Assembly: GCA_963833425.1 (NCBI GenBank)
Contig: CAWHXP010000009.1
Span: 1-64,000, forward strand
From: an uncultured Methanosarcinaceae archaeon
Lineage (GTDB): Archaea > Halobacteriota > Methanosarcinia > Methanosarcinales > Methanosarcinaceae
DNA: 64,000 nt
Direction of reading: 5' to 3'
The notes under the pieces were generated by a model that saw nothing but the letters and a program-made list of their open reading frames with translations, was not told the DNA's origin and searched no databases. Position numbers and translations under genes: made by a program. This document shows, in pieces, positions 57,488-64,000 of this stretch (position 1 is its first letter; every line of letters starts with the position of its first letter).

Positions 57488-58813
57488 ATGGAGCATCAAA
57501 CTCGAATTGTTACAAATGCAGATGAGCTTCAGGATGCAGTAAAGCACGGAGACGAACACATTACTGTCGAGGGCGAGATTCGCGGAATGCCGATGCTTAC
57601 CCTTCAACCGGGACAGACTTTGACTGGTGGAACATTGCATTTCGGTTCGAGTGGTGTGCAGTTGAGCCGCAATAACGCTCTCTCAGACATCACGATCAAT
57701 ACAAGTGAGTTTGAACGTGCAATTTTGAACGACACGGGTGTAATGGATTTAGGCACGCTCATGCTTCACAACGTCCGAACGACCGGGCAAGTAGCATTAT
57801 TAGCCGGCGGTGCAGCACGTGGTGGTCATGTGCACGTCGAGAATCTTCATATTAAATACGCTGATTTGCGCGGGCGTACCAAGCGACCTCATGCATATGG
57901 AGTAGACGTTATGCAGGGCGCGTTCACCTTGTGGAACACGCACACTGACGACGTAACTATCAGTGCTGAACTTCTAAATATTTCTGCAGGTAGTGCCGAA
58001 GCTCCTGTGCGTGGCAGCGGCGTTTTTGTCGGCGGCCAGGGAAAACCGGATGGCACACCAAACGGTGGACGTGTGCATGTGAAGTGCCTCACGACCGGCG
58101 AAATTCACACCGATGGCAACATCTCCGAGAATACTCCTGACCTGATTAGTGGCGGAGTGTTCGTGAGTTATGGTGCATGTGTGGAAAGTGTCGAGAATAT
58201 CGGAGCGGTTACGACTTACGGGCCAAATGATATGGTGCTTGATAACTGGGGCAACGTACGCGAGTGGATTGCACGCGCGCCCATCGTGTCACGAGGAACG
58301 AGTGGCATTGGATTTGTACAGTTTTATGAAATTGGCAGTTTGCATGTCGAAGCACCAATCGAAACCTTTGGCAGAGGAGCGCGTGGTTTTAATTTTTACG
58401 ACGGCACTTTACAAGATGCTTCGTTCCAGAGCATTACTACACACGGCGATGGGGGCGTTGGCATTCAAATCAGCCGCGATTTACTGCATCTGACTATTCA
58501 GGACGACGTTACGACACATGGCGGCGAAGGGGAAAGCCTGGTGAAAGGTAAAGTGCTAAAGCTCAAAGCATACGCTCTGAGTGTACTGAAAAACGGTCAC
58601 ATCGGCGAGTTAAGCGTCGGTGGCGCGCTATGTACCACCGGGCAAGGCGTTGTTACGTTAATTGTACAGGGGAGCATTGACTGTCTCAAAGTGCATAAGG
58701 GCATTCATGCATTCGGTCCGCAATCGGATGCCATTGTGATTGAAGGAGGTAATATCCCGCTCGAAGGTTTAGAGATTACTGCCCATGAAGGCGAAAAAAT
58801 TCGAATACAATAA
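57488..58813 (+). CDS. Hypothetical Gly/Val/Thr-rich protein, probable beta-helix
   Basis: 441-aa ORF with GAGGAG RBS and recurring (I/V)xTxGxx turns. Confidence 0.8.
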   Translation: MEHQTRIVTNADELQDAVKHGDEHITVEGEIRGMPMLTLQPGQTLTGGTLHFGSSGVQLSRNNALSDITINTSEFERAILNDTGVMDLGTLMLHNVRTTGQVALLAGGAARGGHVHVENLHIKYADLRGRTKRPHAYGVDVMQGAFTLWNTHTDDVTISAELLNISAGSAEAPVRGSGVFVGGQGKPDGTPNGGRVHVKCLTTGEIHTDGNISENTPDLISGGVFVSYGACVESVENIGAVTTYGPNDMVLDNWGNVREWIARAPIVSRGTSGIGFVQFYEIGSLHVEAPIETFGRGARGFNFYDGTLQDASFQSITTHGDGGVGIQISRDLLHLTIQDDVTTHGGEGESLVKGKVLKLKAYALSVLKNGHIGELSVGGALCTTGQGVVTLIVQGSIDCLKVHKGIHAFGPQSDAIVIEGGNIPLEGLEITAHEGEKIRIQ

Positions 58814-58833
58814 CTAGATAGGAAGATACACAA

Positions 58834-59451
58834 ATGACAAGTATACCAATACGTGATCAGATTAATGATCGGCTGCTCACCCCGAAAAATGCAGCGCTTA
58901 TAATAATTGACTACCAGCCGGTTCAGGTGGCCTCTATAGTCTCGATGGATCGTAAGGTTCTGGTTGACAACATTGTGCGCGTTGCGAAGATTGCACGAAC
59001 ATATGAATTACCGGTCGTGCTGTCGACTGTGAACGTGAACAACGGTATCAATAAACCGACAATCCATCAGTTACAAGAAGTGCTGACCGGAATCGAGCCT
59101 CTGGACCGAACGGTGATCAATGCCTGGGAAGACAAAGAATTTGTCCAAGCTGTCAAAGCGACTGGTCGCAAGAAGCTAATCATGACAGCGCTGTGGACAG
59201 AAGCATGCCTCACTTTTCCTTCGCTCGACGCAATATATGGTGGCTATGAAGTCTACACTGTAGTTGATGCGGTTGCCGGAACCTCCGTCGAGGCACACCG
59301 TGCGGGGCTGAAGCGCATAATTCAGGCCGGTGGAAAACCAGTGAGTTGGGTGCAACTCGTATGTGAGCTTCAACGTGATTGGGCCCGCAAGGAAACAGTG
59401 CAGTCGTTCAAGCAGATTCTGTTCGGAACTGTCGAGCCTTGGAATGAGTAG
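58834..59451 (+). CDS. Isochorismatase-family cysteine hydrolase (YcaC-like)
   Basis: LIIIDYQP, DRTVINAWED, ALWTEAC, ELQRDW. Confidence 0.92.
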   Translation: MTSIPIRDQINDRLLTPKNAALIIIDYQPVQVASIVSMDRKVLVDNIVRVAKIARTYELPVVLSTVNVNNGINKPTIHQLQEVLTGIEPLDRTVINAWEDKEFVQAVKATGRKKLIMTALWTEACLTFPSLDAIYGGYEVYTVVDAVAGTSVEAHRAGLKRIIQAGGKPVSWVQLVCELQRDWARKETVQSFKQILFGTVEPWNE

Positions 59452-59647
59452 AATGCTTATTGATTGATGCATTGGTAAACAGATGGATGTTTAGAACTGG
59501 CGGAGCAGATTCACTGAGGGAATGCTTGCTATATCTAACGCACTTTTGATTACACACTATGATGTTTGAAAAGTTCATCTTCCCAGTATATAAAAAATCA
59601 ATTAAGTAAAATTGCAGTAAAATCATGGAGGCAAACGTTCTACGAAT

Positions 59648-60466
59648 ATGATCACGATCAAAGATGGTACGCAGATTTATTATAAGGATTGGGGTAGCGG
59701 GCAGCCAGTGATTTTCAGCCATGGTTGGCCGCTGAGCGCGGACGCTTTTGAAGATCAGATGTTCTTTTTGGCTTCCCGAGGATATCGATGCATTGCACAT
59801 GACCGCCGTGGCCACGGACGTTCGAGCCAACCGTGGAACAGTAATGATATGGATACGTACGCTGACGATCTCGCGATGCTCATCGAAACACTTGACCTGA
59901 AGGACTCGATCTTTGTTGGCCACTCAACCGGAGGCTGAGAAGTTGCTCGTTATATCAGCCGCCACGGTACGAAACATGTGGCAAAGGTAGTTCTGATCGC
60001 CTCCGTACCGACGCTCATGCTCAAGACGCCCGACAATCCCAGTGGGACGCCGATCGAGGTGTTCGATCAAATGCGCGCCAACGTTGTCGCCGACCGCTCC
60101 CAGTTCTGGAAGGATGTCAGCTTGTCGTTCTACGGCTACAACCGCCCGGGCGCAAAGGTATCGGAAGGAGTGCTCGAGTCATTCTGGCTCCAGGGGATGA
60201 TGGCGGGCTTCCCTGCCGCATATTTTTGCATCAAAGCGTTCTCCGAGACGGATCAAAACGAGGACCTGAAGAAGATCGACGTACCGACGCTCATCATTCA
60301 GGGCGACGAAGACCAGATCGTGCCGTTCGCCGACTCTGGCCTGCTCCAGTCCAAGATCGTCAAAGGCTCGGTCCTGAAGGTCTATAATAAGGGCGCCCCG
60401 CACGGTCTGTGCACCACCCACAAAAACCAGGTAAATGAGGACTTGTTCTCATTTTACAAAGCCTGA
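59648..60466 (+). pseudogene. Non-heme chloroperoxidase-like alpha/beta hydrolase with a single nonsense codon
   Basis: [25 protein letters not shown] (TGA at 59936-59938, in frame with 59978-60466), [13 protein letters not shown]. Confidence 0.92.
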
Positions 60467-60771
60467 GCATGAAGGCTTCGCAACGTCTCTAGCAGATAAT
60501 AGCGCTTGGCCATGCGAGCATCCAACGAGACGAGTCAAATCTGGACCAGCCTAGCTTTGCGTACTAAGGAGGTTGCAAATCAGAGATCGGTATCGATGGA
60601 AGTGGGCGCAAAGATAAAGCTAATGGGTAAAGTGACAGAAAGGAAAGAGACTGAGAAGAGGTCCATGGATGCAACTTTATCACATTATTCCGTTAATGTA
60701 ACTACAAATACATATTAAACGAAAAAAGACGTGAAAGCACGCTCTTCGAGTTCAGAATACGAGGTGATCAA

Positions 60772-61674
60772 TTGACAAATTCCAGTTTTGACAACGAAGC
60801 AGCTGTCGGTGTTATCGGCTTAGGGATCATGGGAAGCTCTTTTGTTTTTAATCTCCTGTCAAAAGGCTATAATGTTCACGTCTATAACAGGACTGAGGAA
60901 AAAGCTAAATCGCTCATCAAAAAGGGTGCCATTTTCCATTCTACACCAAGAGAGCTCGCTTTGGTAGCAGACATTATTATGACATCCTTGACTGATCAAA
61001 ATGCCGTTGACACTGTAGCATTTGGAGAAGATGGATTTCTCAATGGAGTGAAGAAAGGTTGTTTGTGGATTGATTTGAGTACAATAGATCCTTTAGCATC
61101 GATCAGACATTCCAAAGCAGCAAAACAGGCAGGCTTAGAAAGACTAGACACTCCTGTGGTGGGAAGTAAGGACCAGGCTTTAAAAGGAAATCTTATCATT
61201 CTGGTTGGAGGAAGCCATGAAGTATTTCAAAAATATGAGGCATTTCTCAAAGACGTTGGCAAGACTGTAATTTACTTAGGAATAGATGGCAACGGTCACA
61301 AAATGAAGCTGGCAATTAACTTGTATCTCGGACTTTTTGCGCAATCATTCTCTGAAGCCCTGGTTTTCTCACAAAAGCTTGGTTTCGACGCCAAAACTTT
61401 CGTTGATACCGTTAACAAGACTCCACACCGTAACTATATTTCCGAAGGCAAGGGACCTAAAATCGTAGAAGGCAATTTCGAACCAGCTTTCTCACTAAAT
61501 AACCTATTCAAAGATTTGAAGCTCATAAACGAACAAATAACTAAAACAGGGACTATATTACCAATGACAATTGTGGCCATCAAGGAATACTCTGAAGCAG
61601 TACAAAATGGTGAAGGGCAGAAAGACTTCAGCGTCATTGCATTGGAAATCCAACGTAAAAATGGATTAGCTTAA
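60772..61674 (+). CDS. NAD(P)-dependent oxidoreductase, beta-hydroxyacid dehydrogenase family
   Basis: GVIGLGIMG, VYNRT, DLST, DTPVVG, KLAIN, KDL. Confidence 0.9.
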   Translation: MTNSSFDNEAAVGVIGLGIMGSSFVFNLLSKGYNVHVYNRTEEKAKSLIKKGAIFHSTPRELALVADIIMTSLTDQNAVDTVAFGEDGFLNGVKKGCLWIDLSTIDPLASIRHSKAAKQAGLERLDTPVVGSKDQALKGNLIILVGGSHEVFQKYEAFLKDVGKTVIYLGIDGNGHKMKLAINLYLGLFAQSFSEALVFSQKLGFDAKTFVDTVNKTPHRNYISEGKGPKIVEGNFEPAFSLNNLFKDLKLINEQITKTGTILPMTIVAIKEYSEAVQNGEGQKDFSVIALEIQRKNGLA

Positions 61675-61875
61675 ATCATAAGAATCTGATCAAACTTAGC
61701 CATGAGAATGCAAAAACCAAAGAAAACCGGCATTCTACACCAGAAATTTAGATCATGTCAAAAGTTTAGCTCTATTATAAAAAGCTTAAAAACAAGGAAT
61801 GAATCGTATAAAGCACAAAGATAATAAAAAATGACAATATGACAAATACGAACTAGATACTAATAATATACTAAT

Positions 61876-61901
61876 ATAATAATAATAATAATAATAATAA
61901 T
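61876..61901. repeat. (TAA)n trinucleotide repeat
   Basis: About 8 perfect units. Confidence 0.85.
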
Positions 61902-62204
61902 GCTATCTTCTTCTCTGTCCTTGTCATTTGTGTCGTTGTCTTTTGTTTTGAGGAGATAGTTTTCATGTTTTGTAAAATTAAAAATAGAAAATTACTTTTG
62001 CAGTATACCTAAATTTCTATAAATTCTAAATTAATTATGTATCCCACTTTTACATCGTCACCCCTGTCACCAAAACTATCGTCCAAATGTACAGTCCAAA
62101 ACCCCTTAGCCAACGTAAACACTTTAACGACTCTATGATCGATTTTTTGGTGGTTAGCATCTTTCCAGCCATTGAATAAGAACCTTACTATGAGTCTATG
62201 AATG

Positions 62205-62420
62205 GCCTATCCTGTGGTTGATAATATGTGCGATGGAAACAATAGAAATCCCCTATATCCCTATTCCCGAATCTGTTTCTCCACCAGCGATAAATTATGA
62301 GACCAAAATCCCGGCCATGATCACTAATGTAGGTAAAAGAGTGCTCTCAAAGCTTATGGACAGCTCTGAAATGATATTAGTTACAGCTCCAGTTTCAGAG
62401 AAGGCTGCGATGCTTTCCAT
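62205..62420 (-). pseudogene. hppA: Internal fragment of a membrane ion-translocating pyrophosphatase
   Basis: SIAAFSETGAVTNIISELSISFESTLLPTLVIMAGILVS*FIAGG...GI*GISIVSIA/ILSTTG matches the HppA TGxxTNII-G...EST...LST(T)G segment. Confidence 0.7.
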
Positions 62421-62708
62421 ATGATGTACTTATAGAAATTCTTCCAATATATATAAATCTATAATAACAGTGTTGAAGAACATAATATGAAACCGTTTCC
62501 ATTATAAATAGGGTGTTTTTAAATTTACTATATATTTTTTTTAATTCTAAACATCCTATAATGATTATGCACATATCTTTATTAACTCAAATATGGAGAA
62601 TAAATAGATTAGGCGATTTATGAGAGGATTTGTTTCCTTATTTAGCTCCCACTACTTTTATTTATTTACATTTTTTTCTCAATAGTTCTCAAAGGGCCTA
62701 TTCCTATC

Positions 62709-63458
62709 AGAGAACACAGTAACAAAAATGAACGAAAATGAGAGGCGGATAATCCAATATATAGAGAGTAAAGGGAAATGCACAATTAATGATATATCAA
62801 GTTATACAGACATTGAATATCAAAGCGTGAATCGAGCCTTAGTTGGTAGGAAAGACAGAGAAGCCGGTGGGCTCCTTGACAAGATTAAGGGATTAAAAAT
62901 GGAAGAAGAACCTGATACAAATTATGTGAGAAATGGAGACACACTAATAAGCAGTAGTGGTAGGAAGGCTTTCAAATTTAGTATAGATAAATCAAAGTTT
63001 AATTTTTGGTCCTTATTTGATAAGGAGTTTATCTTCATGAAGGATGCTTGATCAAGGTACAAAGGCAACTGATTCTGTTATTCCCGAATATTCCCATTCA
63101 TCCCAAAATATTCCCGTTTTATTCCCAGTAAAACGCAGTCAGTTGACATTTTGTTCCCAAAATCCCGAAAATGCAAGAAAGAAAATATATTTTCTATTTT
63201 TTGACATTCTAATATTTCGGATATTATTTTAAAAAATCCTATATCATTTTTTTATTTTGGGAACATAACCCCCCTTATTTTATGATTTTTCAATCCATTG
63301 TTATTGTTTTTATATTATTTTTAATGAGAATATAATGGGAAAATAACGGGAATAATTGGGAACTTTGGGGAATATAAATCACAGAAGACATACTTGCAAT
63401 AAGAAGTATATATGAACTAACAATTGGGGAAGCATTAAATATCACATTTTGCTCTGTT
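62709..63458 (+). repeat. Diverged second copy of the rep 3' end plus iteron origin (homologous to 46868-47612)
   Basis: Starts agagaacacagtaacaaaa in both copies. ORF 62728-63051 mirrors the Rep C-terminus. Iterons are conserved at an offset of 15840. Confidence 0.93.
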
Positions 63459-64000
63459 TCTCAACATCTTTCAAAAGAAAAAATGAATGTCTTTAGGTTA
63501 ATAAGCTTTTGAAATAGTGTTTTAGATCATAGCAGAGATGTATGCTGAATTAACAGTAGAGCTGTTTCCTGTTCCCCTGTAAAAAAACGGCATAGATATA
63601 AATGTTTACGAAATTCAGTATATATGGAAATAAGAAAGTATTTACAAGGAAAAAACAGCAAGTTTTAATACTGAATAAACAAGCACTTTGATTAATAATA
63701 TATTAGTTACTTTTTTGGGGTTTGTAAAGTCTAGCTCCCCCCGAAATCCTAGAAAATGCCTCTAACGACCTTATAATGGCTCATATTTAAATTGACGCCT
63801 ATAAACCCCGCTTCTATACAGAATAAATGGAAATAACTATTCAACCCATAAATCAGATTGATTTTAATTGTTCTATCGCATGCTTTTGTTGCTTCATTTG
63901 ACTTACCCAATTGTCTAAAGAAAATCGCTTTATTGTACCAAGCCGTTGAATATTGTGGATTAACTTAAATTCCTAAATTGCTGGTTTTTCACTTTAACGT

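Noticed and set aside
59936..59938. In-frame TGA as selenocysteine
   Set aside because: It falls at a conserved Gly of GHSTGGGE, one base from GGA. A nonsense mutation is simpler.

Overview
AT-rich archaeal chromosomal window, most likely Methanosarcina or a close relative. This is an inference from gene content: aRF1, sulfide-type Thi4, a C1A peptidase-lectin-PKD surface protein, DUF2769 and an iron-sulfur flavoprotein. The left 40 kb is an accessory region with much gene decay. It holds small secreted low-complexity proteins, HicAB and DUF2683/RelE toxin-antitoxin pairs, a broken arylsulfatase, hxlB, a divergent aRF1 paralog (NIKS changed to NIAS), Mrp, copA/copZ, pspA/pspAA, IS6 and IS5 relics, three families of short dispersed repeats, tRNA-Ser(CGA), thi4, and ferritin-like and Isf genes. 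From about 40.3 to 53.2 kb lies an integrated element with the layout of a phage satellite (PICI/SaPI-like). In order it carries a tyrosine integrase, divergent wHTH and AbrB regulators, a Prim-Pol/P-loop replication gene, an origin-like array of inverted, helically phased TTCCC/GGGAA iterons around an AT-rich core, cargo genes (CAAX protease, Cu/Zn SOD, DUF2769) and a lone terminase-small-subunit-like gene. No capsid, portal, TerL or tail genes are visible. A GC-richer, bacterial-looking metabolic and stress block follows (maeA-fumC, hydrolases). After it, 15.84 kb downstream of the first copy, sits a diverged second copy of the rep 3' end plus origin. Many frameshifts fall in homopolymer runs, so some pseudogene calls may be assembly errors. 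All family assignments come from motif recognition by eye; no database searches were run.
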